In this document: positions 1-6,327 of the stretch, piece after piece
Layout: each line of letters opens with the position of its first letter
Position numbering within the stretch: the stretch's first letter is position 1
IMG/VR virus record: IMGVR_UViG_3300050343_000218
Reading direction: 5' to 3' (one strand)
Origin: a virus
DNA: 64,000 bases
The notes under the pieces: generated by a model
What the model was told of the DNA's origin: nothing
Seen by the model: only the letters and a program-made list of their open reading frames with translations
Database searches by the model: none
Made by a program: the position numbers and the translations under genes

Positions 1-38
1 GGTTGTTGAGTAAAGTCTACAGGGTCAGGGGTAGGAAT

Positions 39-239
39 CTAGTAGCTTTGTGGCAGTTCGCTACGTGTCCCATATGGACCGCCCATCGCTGGACCGTCTC
101 CCTCTTCCTTGGGTCGTACCATAGCAGCGGCAGAATGGAGAGAATCCGATGCTGTGATCTGGATCCCCTCCCTGATGCTTTCATTAGTAACGACAGCACC
201 TGCAGCGAAAGCGGCAGCGTATGAAAGAATTTTAAGCAT
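39..239 (-). CDS. small hypothetical protein with hydrophobic N-terminus
   Basis: 66-aa ORF in a co-oriented run of small genes; starts MLKILSYAAAFAAGAVV. Confidence 0.55.
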   Translation of the reverse strand: MLKILSYAAAFAAGAVVTNESIREGIQITASDSLHSAAAMVRPKEEGDGPAMGGPYGTRSELPQSY

Positions 240-277
240 TTGGGTTTGGTTTGTTTGCTTGTGTGTATACTAGACGA

Positions 278-490
278 TCATAGGCAGTCGTCTATAGCTT
301 TAAAGACACTTCGCACATCGTCCATCTCATCCGAGATATCGTCACGATCAAACAAAGCATCCTCAATCAATGCCTCCAATGATGCATCCCTGCTGGCAGT
401 GTCAAAGATCTCACCAGCACAATCCTGAATTTCGTTCCACATAATTTTGTCGTAATGAAGGGCAATTGAACAGGGGTCGGAATAGGTCAC
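278..490 (-). CDS. acidic hypothetical early protein
   Basis: 70 aa; start overlaps the stop of the upstream ORF at 487-490. Confidence 0.7.
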   Translation of the reverse strand: MTYSDPCSIALHYDKIMWNEIQDCAGEIFDTASRDASLEALIEDALFDRDDISDEMDDVRSVFKAIDDCL

Positions 491-684
491 AGAATGCCTA
501 GGGCAACTGCTTCCATTACGTCGCCATACTCTCCGACGATTTCACCGAAGGAATCACGGATGTATGCATACTTACCAGATTCATCGTGCATAGCGTAGCA
601 GATGTCCATAGCACGGTCGATGTCCGTGGTGAACTCGGTCTCCCCTAGTGCAGGGCAGTTGATTTCGTAGGTTTCGTTTGTCAT
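487..684 (-). CDS. cyanophage-type hypothetical early protein
   Basis: Track ORF 487..741; ATG at 684 (MTNETYEINCPALGE) preferred because it avoids overlap with the upstream gene. Confidence 0.7.
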   Translation of the reverse strand: MTNETYEINCPALGETEFTTDIDRAMDICYAMHDESGKYAYIRDSFGEIVGEYGDVMEAVALGIL

Positions 685-712
685 ACAGACAGTATGGCAG
701 ATTTTGGGGCGT

Positions 713-913
713 TTAGGGGAAAAGGGTTGACACTTCTTCAACTGTCACAGCGGCGCTGAATTCGGCGTTGTAACGTGAGACAATGTAAGATAGATCTTTT
801 GAGTCTAGATCTTTGTACATAGTGTGGAGGGTGTCGATGTAAGGTTCGCCTGGTACTTCTTTCATTCGATGTACAACAAGCTCCTTAATCAGACTGTCTC
901 TAGTGATAGTCAT
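713..913 (-). CDS. hypothetical early protein
   Basis: Track ORF 713..952; ATG at 913 (MTITRDSLIKELV) is the likely start. Confidence 0.65.
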   Translation of the reverse strand: MTITRDSLIKELVVHRMKEVPGEPYIDTLHTMYKDLDSKDLSYIVSRYNAEFSAAVTVEEVSTLFP

Positions 914-959
914 TAGAGTGAATGTGTGATGGGGATATTTAGTCCCCATCATAATGTGA

Positions 960-1280
960 TCAAGCGAAGAGATAACCAGACTCGAAAGGTTTCACTTCGT
1001 TGTTGTCACGAATGAACCACTGAAAGTCTTTCTGAAAGACACCATCAGTGAGTGCATCACAGAACTCATTGATGATAACATTCAAACGAGACTTGGTGGT
1101 GTTAGACTGCCAACCGCCATCAAAGATGCGAACATTGTTATCAGTCACGGTTGCAATGTGATTGCCGTGAAGATAAACTAGTGAAGCATTGTTGTCGTTA
1201 GTGAAAACCTCGGTGTTAGCAGACTTCCAGCACTTGTTTGCTTGGATGGCGGCGAGCATTTGGGATTCGATCTTACGCAT
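960..1280 (-). CDS. conserved cyanophage early protein
   Basis: 106 aa MRKIESQM..VYLHGNHIA..DGGWQSNTTKSRLN, a pattern I recognise from cyanomyophage early genes; first gene after an early promoter. Confidence 0.85.
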   Translation of the reverse strand: MRKIESQMLAAIQANKCWKSANTEVFTNDNNASLVYLHGNHIATVTDNNVRIFDGGWQSNTTKSRLNVIINEFCDALTDGVFQKDFQWFIRDNNEVKPFESGYLFA

Positions 1281-1309
1281 TTGGTGTCGGAGTTGTTTGA
1301 CTTGAGATT

Positions 1310-1368
1310 AGTATGGCACCGATCAGGGTGCTTTGCAAGCGATAGTGGACACTAGGTCAACTGTCCAC
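1310..1368 (-). promoter_or_regulatory. early promoter with upstream palindrome (copy 1)
   Basis: -10 CATACT (1310-1315), 29-bp gap, perfect GTGGACA-N10-TGTCCAC (1345-1368). Confidence 0.75.
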
Positions 1369-1389
1369 GGGCGGCTGAATCAGTTTGTG

Positions 1390-1680
1390 TTACTTAGTCT
1401 CCACTAATTCCTGCTGATATGACATAAATTGCTCCTCTGTTGCTTCATCCACTGCCTCTTGAATCACTTGATAGATGTAATCAACGTTGCCTACATCATC
1501 AAAGATACGTGCAATCAGTGCAGGATTTTCTACCTGTTGATCATAATCAACCTCACCATCTTCATCCTTTACGTGTATATCTTCCTTGGTATAAATCCAC
1601 GCTGCACATTCTGCATCCTCTCCCTGTTCTTTGATCATCGATGATACTCGGTCTTGAAGTTGCTTGAGAGTGTAGTTCAA
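1390..1680 (-). CDS. acidic hypothetical early protein
   Basis: 96 aa directly downstream of promoter copy 2. Confidence 0.75.
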   Translation of the reverse strand: MNYTLKQLQDRVSSMIKEQGEDAECAAWIYTKEDIHVKDEDGEVDYDQQVENPALIARIFDDVGNVDYIYQVIQEAVDEATEEQFMSYQQELVETK

Positions 1681-1707
1681 AATGATACGAATTCATTTGA
1701 TGTATAC

Positions 1708-1765
1708 ACTATGGCATAAAAAAAGGGGTCTTGCAACCCCTAGTGGACAGCTTAGAAACTGTCAC
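1708..1765 (-). promoter_or_regulatory. early promoter with upstream palindrome (copy 2)
   Basis: -10 CATAGT (1708-1713), 29-bp gap, GTGGACA-N10-TGTCAC (1743-1765). Confidence 0.7.
1718..1740 (-). terminator. rho-independent terminator
   Basis: Minus strand GGGGT-TGCAAG-ACCCC-T7. Confidence 0.8.
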
Positions 1766-1774
1766 ATCAAATAG

Positions 1775-1806
1775 TTTTCCACAGGTTTCTGATGTAATGT
1801 GGAGCA
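1775..1806 (+). promoter_or_regulatory. DnaA-box-like site pair
   Basis: TTTTCCACA at 1775-1783 and inverted 7/9 copy at 1798-1806, intergenic. Confidence 0.45.
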
Positions 1807-1816
1807 CTGTGACGGT

Positions 1817-2215
1817 CTAGTCACCGACCACAACAGCATCAGGTGGCATTGTGCTACCTGTGAAACCGTCCCAACCCTTCTCAGTCATATCATCAGTGAG
1901 CTCTAGAATGTAATCTAGTTTTAGATTAGTCATACTAACTCTTTGATTAATAAACTTACCAATTGATACATCTTCTCTTTGGATTGTATCTTCTTCTGTT
2001 TCTAAAATGTTATCTTCTTCATCTCTATCTTGTTCAGCTTCTAGTTTACCACAGAGTTGCATAAAAGCTGACTGAAATTCATCTAAGTCTTCACATTTAT
2101 ATCCATATTGCTTACTAGTATTGCTTTTGTATACTAGTTTAACAACAGAACTATCGTAGTCTAGTTCCATATATTCAATAGCTGAACTAGGTAGTTCTTC
2201 GTACTTAGTAGTCAT
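1817..2215 (-). CDS. KTSC-like small protein with acidic insertion
   Basis: SSAIEYMELDYDSSVVKLVYKSNTSKQYGY ... SIGKFINQRV resembles the KTSC pattern SSxI..xYD....LxxxF.SG..YxY ... SxGxxxNxxI. Confidence 0.55.
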   Translation of the reverse strand: MTTKYEELPSSAIEYMELDYDSSVVKLVYKSNTSKQYGYKCEDLDEFQSAFMQLCGKLEAEQDRDEEDNILETEEDTIQREDVSIGKFINQRVSMTNLKLDYILELTDDMTEKGWDGFTGSTMPPDAVVVGD

Positions 2216-2236
2216 AGTAGTCTTAGTTATAGTAGT

Positions 2237-2245
2237 ATTATACCA
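2237..2245 (-). promoter_or_regulatory. host-like extended -10 promoter
   Basis: TGG-TATAAT about 20 nt upstream of the ATG at 2215. Confidence 0.6.
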
Positions 2246-2300
2246 TACTATAGGTATAGTATACGTGTAGTGTGGTTAAAGTTTAAAAAGTAAGATTTTA

Positions 2301-2385
2301 ACTTTTTGAACTTTCTTAATTTCTTATCTTTTTGAGTTTTTTGACTTTTTGGGATTTTGAACTTTCTGAGTTTCTTGACTTTCGG
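2301..2385 (+). repeat. degenerate tandem array of ten 7-9-bp T-tract units
   Basis: ACTTTTTGA ACTTTCTTA ATTTCTTA TCTTTTTGA GTTTTTTGA CTTTTTGG GATTTTGA ACTTTCTGA GTTTCTTGA CTTTCGG. Confidence 0.8.
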
Positions 2386-2486
2386 TAGATTGCGTGCTAA
2401 GACCCCAACAGTCCCGCAGCTAACCGTAGATAACTCATAGTATACGAAGAATAGAACACACTAGGTATGTTTATTTAACCATTTAG

Positions 2487-2544
2487 TTTTCCACAGGTTT
2501 TTCCACAACCTTTTCCACAGGCACTGTATAGTAACTGTGGAGAC
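2487..2544 (+). repeat. three direct TTTTCCACA boxes at 12-bp period plus one inverted degenerate box (candidate DnaA-box cluster)
   Basis: Perfect boxes start at 2487, 2499 and 2511; inverted 7/9 box at 2536-2544; TTTTCCACA is the cyanobacterial DnaA-box consensus. Confidence 0.7.
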
Positions 2545-2556
2545 ACTAGGTGGTGA

Positions 2557-2748
2557 CTAGGGAGCTGCTGTGCGGAGCACTACAGTATATTGTTCTAATG
2601 ATTGGTTAATGTTAGAGTATTTGGTTTGTATGTAAGGTGAGACGAATAGTTGTTTGAATGTAGTAGTTTTAATGATACGTATGTCATTAGTGGATAGTTT
2701 ACCCCATCTACAGTAAGCGAAGAGTAGTGTATAAGCTGTTAGTATCAT
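2557..2748 (-). CDS. doubtful hypothetical protein
   Basis: 63-aa ORF overlapping the stop of the upstream gene; unusual TA-rich composition. Confidence 0.35.
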   Translation of the reverse strand: MILTAYTLLFAYCRWGKLSTNDIRIIKTTTFKQLFVSPYIQTKYSNINQSLEQYTVVLRTAAP

Positions 2749-2969
2749 TTGTATTGATCTAACACTTGAGCAATGATTTTAATAGACTCTTGAAACTCTT
2801 CAGCATCTTGTCCACCTTGTACGATGTATGCTAGTTCTTCTAGTGCATCATCAACAGTTAGTCTATTGTTTAACGTTTCACGGTAGTGTGCAACAGCGAG
2901 CATTTCTTCGTGAGTCATTGCCTTATAGGTTGATGGTGTCATTATACAGGAGATGGGGGTGAGTGTCAA
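2745..2969 (-). CDS. hypothetical protein
   Basis: 74 aa, abuts the upstream ORF; the true start may be an internal Met. Confidence 0.6.
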   Translation of the reverse strand: MTLTPISCIMTPSTYKAMTHEEMLAVAHYRETLNNRLTVDDALEELAYIVQGGQDAEEFQESIKIIAQVLDQYK

Positions 2970-3224
2970 CTAGTATCTAGTAGGGATATTCTTAGATTGT
3001 GTCACTTGTTCTTGTGTCACAGTGTTGTCTAGATCAGTAGGGCGTTGACCTAAGATGAGAGACTGTACGACCTTCGCCTTTTTAATGTTATTATCCATTG
3101 CGTTAATAGATCTAGTGATGCACTCATTGATATCATCATACATTTCAGTTGATGTTGATAGAGGATCACAGATGTATGCATCTAGGATAATTTGTAGTTC
3201 AGCTTTCAGTTGTTGGGAAGACAT
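2970..3224 (-). CDS. helical hypothetical protein
   Basis: 84 aa; resembles the C-terminal part of ORF 4725..5120. Confidence 0.7.
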   Translation of the reverse strand: MSSQQLKAELQIILDAYICDPLSTSTEMYDDINECITRSINAMDNNIKKAKVVQSLILGQRPTDLDNTVTQEQVTQSKNIPTRY

Positions 3225-3654
3225 AGTATTTGTAATGGGTGAAAGGTTTAGGGTGATGTAAGGTTAGGAACTTAATAGCGTGTTCTTCACATTGAAACCA
3301 AGCTATACGTTTTTCAGACTTAAGTTCAACTCTATAAGGGAAGGTAGGATGAGGGAATAGTTTAAGTTCCCGTGATCTAGTAGGTTTAAACTCTAGTTTC
3401 TTTACCTTCGCTTTCCGAGTTGTACCAGAACTCTTCTTTGTCTTTTTCTGTTGCTGTGGTGATGTTAGGGTTGATAGGTTTTGGTTTAAGGACTGCTGTG
3501 TTTTTACCTTGGGTGCTGGTTTGGTTTTGTTCGAGGTAGTTTTTGATGAGGGCTTTAAAGTCTTCTTTGGTGTAGGTGTTGAGGATGCTTTCTTTCGGGT
3601 CTGTTTCATCCCAGTCGATGTTGAAGCTTCCGTCTTCGTTTTGCGTGACATCAA
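3199..3654 (-). CDS. K/S/T-rich protein with conserved-looking C-terminal domain (LFPHPTFPYRVEL..WFQCEEH)
   Basis: 151-aa ORF overlapping ORF 3386..3658 in another frame; true start uncertain. Confidence 0.6.
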   Translation of the reverse strand: MMSRKTKTEASTSTGMKQTRKKASSTPTPKKTLKPSSKTTSNKTKPAPKVKTQQSLNQNLSTLTSPQQQKKTKKSSGTTRKAKVKKLEFKPTRSRELKLFPHPTFPYRVELKSEKRIAWFQCEEHAIKFLTLHHPKPFTHYKYYVFPTTES

Positions 3655-3658
3655 TCAT
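3386..3658 (-). CDS. cyanophage-type hypothetical protein
   Basis: MIDVTQNEDGSFNIDWDETDPKESILN.. pattern familiar from cyanomyophages; TAGAAT -10-like element upstream. Confidence 0.7.
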   Translation of the reverse strand: MIDVTQNEDGSFNIDWDETDPKESILNTYTKEDFKALIKNYLEQNQTSTQGKNTAVLKPKPINPNITTATEKDKEEFWYNSESEGKETRV

Positions 3659-3695
3659 TGCCTAGTTAAATAGATGTAATTGAACGTATTCTACT

Positions 3696-3872
3696 ATGAG
3701 TTGTCGAAATTGCCAAGAGGTTGACTTGGATGATCTTGAAGATCAGATGTTTGCTCATTTGATAACAGAAATGGAAGAAGGCTTTACAGTGAAGCTAGAT
3801 GATGGTACAATCATTATCTTCGATAGTTTTGCGGAAGCAAAGGAGTTTATTTTTGATGGCGGATTACGCTAG
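3696..3872 (+). CDS. 58-aa acidic protein with N-terminal CxxC (not in ORF track)
   Basis: Manual translation MSCRNCQEVDLDDLEDQMFAHL..FIFDGGLR*; TTAAATA late-promoter-like box at 3666-3672. Confidence 0.6.
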   Translation: MSCRNCQEVDLDDLEDQMFAHLITEMEEGFTVKLDDGTIIIFDSFAEAKEFIFDGGLR

Positions 3873-4545
3873 AGAAGTAATAGAACATCGTACTGAGCAC
3901 GATACATTAATTAGAGAGTATCCTAATCATATACCACCACAAGTGTGTGATATGATTTGTGACTACACTGATCGCATTGAAGCAGGTCAGGAGCTTGGTG
4001 ATATCCATCGAGATAATGATACCTTCATCCGTAAAGATATCCAGTATTGGATGACTGAAGATTGCAATCCACGGTTACGTAATAGTATACTGAAAGGATG
4101 GGGTAAACTAATGAAGAATCAATATCTAAATGAGTTTACACAGCTTGGATTGAATGATTTCTGGATGAGTGCAGTTAAGATTCAGAAGACATATGCTGGT
4201 GGTGGATTTCATCGTTGGCACTATGATAACAATGGATTTGTAGTAATGGAACGTGAGTTTGTCATTACTTCATACCTTAATGATGTACATAATGGTGGAG
4301 AGACAGAGTTTCTTTATCAAGGTGTACGTGTGAAACCAGAGAAGGGAAAGACTGTAGTATTTCCAGCTGGTTATACACATATGCATAGAGGAAATCCCCC
4401 AATCGGTGGTACAAAATACATTGCAACAACGTGGGGGAATAGAATTCCTCGCATTGATGATAGAACAGAAGACCCAAGTATGGGTCATTATATCCGTCCT
4501 GCTGATCATATCATTGATCAGTATGGTGCTGGTGGATACGGTTAG
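3856..4545 (+). CDS. 2OG-Fe(II) oxygenase, prolyl-4-hydroxylase-like
   Basis: WHYD (HxD), SYLND, GGETEF, HMHRG, KYIATTW; AGGAG at 3841-3845 supports the ATG at 3856. Confidence 0.88.
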   Translation: MADYAREVIEHRTEHDTLIREYPNHIPPQVCDMICDYTDRIEAGQELGDIHRDNDTFIRKDIQYWMTEDCNPRLRNSILKGWGKLMKNQYLNEFTQLGLNDFWMSAVKIQKTYAGGGFHRWHYDNNGFVVMEREFVITSYLNDVHNGGETEFLYQGVRVKPEKGKTVVFPAGYTHMHRGNPPIGGTKYIATTWGNRIPRIDDRTEDPSMGHYIRPADHIIDQYGAGGYG

Positions 4546-4724
4546 AAATCCGTATCATATTTACTATAGAGATAAGCTAGCACCTCATCTCTATATTCTA
4601 GTAACTCGTTATAACACACTTGGTTGTGTGCACATTGACGAAGTGCAGAATCTGGTTTGTATACTGATTCAATAAACAAACCCAATGCACGTCTACGTTT
4701 ATCTTCCTTACATTCATCAGTCAT
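4542..4724 (-). CDS. conserved cyanophage hypothetical protein
   Basis: ALGLFIESVYKPDSALRQCAHNQVCYNELLEYR pattern; stop overlaps the oxygenase stop. Confidence 0.8.
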   Translation of the reverse strand: MTDECKEDKRRRALGLFIESVYKPDSALRQCAHNQVCYNELLEYRDEVLAYLYSKYDTDF

Positions 4725-5120
4725 TTATGATCTCCTCTTGTCAAATAAGTGTATTGATTGCTCGCCATCAAGATAAGCTAAGATAGCATTGGTGCGATTT
4801 AAGTGATCCTGAAAGTAATCCTGTAAACTGTACAATCTTGTCCTGAGATCCGACACGAAGTCGTATGGAGTAAACTCTGTATCGTTTGTAATGTACTCCA
4901 ACAGTATGTCATCCAGTGAACCCATCAGGTGCTCACGATATTTATCCTTCGGTGTTACTGATTCGTCCGAGTTCGTGTCCAAGGTAGAGGTAGAGGTCTC
5001 CACACTTGGTGTGATGACTACGCTCGATGGTTTTTTGTTGGGACTTTGAGAGGAACTGGAGGGCATCTGTGAGGACTTTAATTTCATTGGAGGAAAGAAG
5101 GACTGGTTGACGCATAACAA
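4725..5120 (-). CDS. hypothetical protein (true start uncertain, perhaps ATG 4925)
   Basis: S/P-rich N-terminal half overlaps ORF 4942..5115; C-terminal half is helical. Confidence 0.6.
   Translation of the reverse strand: MLCVNQSFFPPMKLKSSQMPSSSSQSPNKKPSSVVITPSVETSTSTLDTNSDESVTPKDKYREHLMGSLDDILLEYITNDTEFTPYDFVSDLRTRLYSLQDYFQDHLNRTNAILAYLDGEQSIHLFDKRRS
4942..5115 (-). CDS. 57-aa hypothetical protein (not in ORF track)
   Basis: MRQPVLLSSNEIKVLTDALQFLSKSQQKTIERSHHTKCGDLYLYLGHELGRISNTEG*; first ATG after the promoter at 5136-5165. Confidence 0.65.
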   Translation of the reverse strand: MRQPVLLSSNEIKVLTDALQFLSKSQQKTIERSHHTKCGDLYLYLGHELGRISNTEG

Positions 5121-5135
5121 TAATAAGTCAATGAC

Positions 5136-5165
5136 ATTATAACATAGAAGCTTCTATAATGTCTA
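5136..5165 (-). promoter_or_regulatory. host-like sigma70 promoter
   Basis: TAGACA-N18-TATAAT with extended TG. Confidence 0.65.
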
Positions 5166-5277
5166 ACATCTCTCCACACTCATCAGCAGTGTCCTCATCA
5201 GCTAACACTGCATAATCCTCAACTGCATCAGCGAGGATTTCCATCTGGACCTTAGTTAGTGTGATAGTATATTCCAT
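5137..5277 (-). CDS. 46-aa acidic protein (not in ORF track)
   Basis: MEYTITLTKVQMEILADAVEDYAVLADEDTADECGEMLDIIEASML*; start overlaps the upstream stop (TGATG). Confidence 0.65.
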   Translation of the reverse strand: MEYTITLTKVQMEILADAVEDYAVLADEDTADECGEMLDIIEASML

Positions 5278-5531
5278 CAACCCACTGCCATTGGAGTGTA
5301 CTCAGAGCGAGGCATCTGAGACATATTGTATCCATTAACTGTAGCACCGTTAGCGATGCGTGTCTCCCACTCGTTACGTGCTGTGAGTGATGTCACTGTG
5401 CTGTAGGACTTGAGACCGTTAGCATTCCAGGTGACACGCTTCTGGAAACGCTTGACGATCACGTCATCACCTTCAGCGATGAATGCCTCAGGGAAGAAAT
5501 CAACTGTGCAGACGTTGTTGGAGATTTGCAT
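5277..5531 (-). CDS. cyanophage early hypothetical protein
   Basis: 84 aa directly after early promoter copy 7. Confidence 0.75.
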   Translation of the reverse strand: MQISNNVCTVDFFPEAFIAEGDDVIVKRFQKRVTWNANGLKSYSTVTSLTARNEWETRIANGATVNGYNMSQMPRSEYTPMAVG

Positions 5532-5558
5532 TTGAGTGGGGTTGTTTGGTATGTACTT

Positions 5559-5616
5559 ATTATAGCGGGTCAGCGGGTCAGCGCAGCCCGTGTTGGGACA
5601 CTTCGACAGGTGTCAT
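5559..5616 (-). promoter_or_regulatory. early promoter with palindrome (copy 7)
   Basis: TATAAT 5559-5564, 29-bp gap containing tandem GCTGACCC x2, TGGGACA-N10-TGTCAT 5594-5616. Confidence 0.7.
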
Positions 5617-5814
5617 AGCCTGGACAGTGAGACGCTTCCATCCACGCACGTCGCGAATGCCTTCGATCATCTCGCTCACAACACGCTCCAGTTGACGCTC
5701 ACGACCCTTGACAGTGGTGCACTTGCCACACTTGCGGAACAGTTCGCTCACAGTGCTGTCTTCGTTGGTGATGAAGATGTGGTAGTGTGTGTGCTTGACT
5801 TGGGTGACTGCCAT
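5578..5814 (-). CDS. hypothetical early protein
   Basis: 78 aa directly after promoter copy 3. Confidence 0.7.
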   Translation of the reverse strand: MAVTQVKHTHYHIFITNEDSTVSELFRKCGKCTTVKGRERQLERVVSEMIEGIRDVRGWKRLTVQAMTPVEVSQHGLR

Positions 5815-5836
5815 TGGGTGCCTTGCTGATGTACTT

Positions 5837-5895
5837 ATTATAGCGTGTGGAGTGGATCAGACCATACGGACTGTGACACTATGAGTACCGTCCTT
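5837..5895 (-). promoter_or_regulatory. early promoter with degenerate palindrome (copy 3)
   Basis: TATAAT 5837-5842, 30-bp gap, GTGACA-N10-CGTCCTT 5873-5895. Confidence 0.65.
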
Positions 5896-6018
5896 ATCCA
5901 GCTGACGGCAGAGCAATTCGGAATGTATGCTACGTGCCAACTGCTGGTCAAGCGTCTCGTAGCACACTTCACCCTCTTCAGGAGTGACAGCATTGATCTG
6001 ATAGTAGGAACCGATCAT
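5857..6018 (-). CDS. 53-aa hypothetical protein (not in ORF track)
   Basis: MIGSYYQINAVTPEEGEVCYETLDQQLARSIHSELLCRQLDKDGTHSVTVRMV*; TGATG coupling. Confidence 0.6.
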   Translation of the reverse strand: MIGSYYQINAVTPEEGEVCYETLDQQLARSIHSELLCRQLDKDGTHSVTVRMV

Positions 6019-6170
6019 CAGTAGAGTTCTCCGTCTTTAGCTTTGGGGAAGGAATGCACAATCTCCACAATAGTCTGAACCATCTCACCTTGCGCATCTG
6101 CTGGCAGTGCGGTGACATAGAGCAGACCGAGACCGCAGATGAAGGTTGATAGCAACCAAGATTTGCGCAT
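6018..6170 (-). CDS. 50-aa protein with signal-peptide-like N-terminus (not in ORF track)
   Basis: MRKSWLLSTFICGLGLLYVTALPADAQG..; follows promoter copy 4. Confidence 0.6.
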   Translation of the reverse strand: MRKSWLLSTFICGLGLLYVTALPADAQGEMVQTIVEIVHSFPKAKDGELY

Positions 6171-6195
6171 CAGTGGGTTTCTTGCGTATGTACCT

Positions 6196-6254
6196 ATTAT
6201 AATGCCCCCATCACGAAGTGACAGGGGCTCTGTGCCAGCTCTTTAACTGAACAC
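6196..6254 (-). promoter_or_regulatory. early promoter with palindrome (copy 4)
   Basis: TATAAT 6196-6201, 30-bp gap with GC hairpin, GTGCCA-N10-TGAACAC 6232-6254. Confidence 0.7.
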
Positions 6255-6327
6255 TGGTAGGACATCGATGCACGTTATAGTGGGATCCTTAGCAAGGTTC
6301 TCCATAAGGTGCTCAACAGACTCAAGA

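Noticed and set aside
4725-5120. Track start codons for several ORFs (741, 952, 3799, 14462, 40792, 57225, 63798)
   Set aside because: Upstream extensions overlap other genes or promoters; downstream ATGs fit coupling, RBS or family N-termini better
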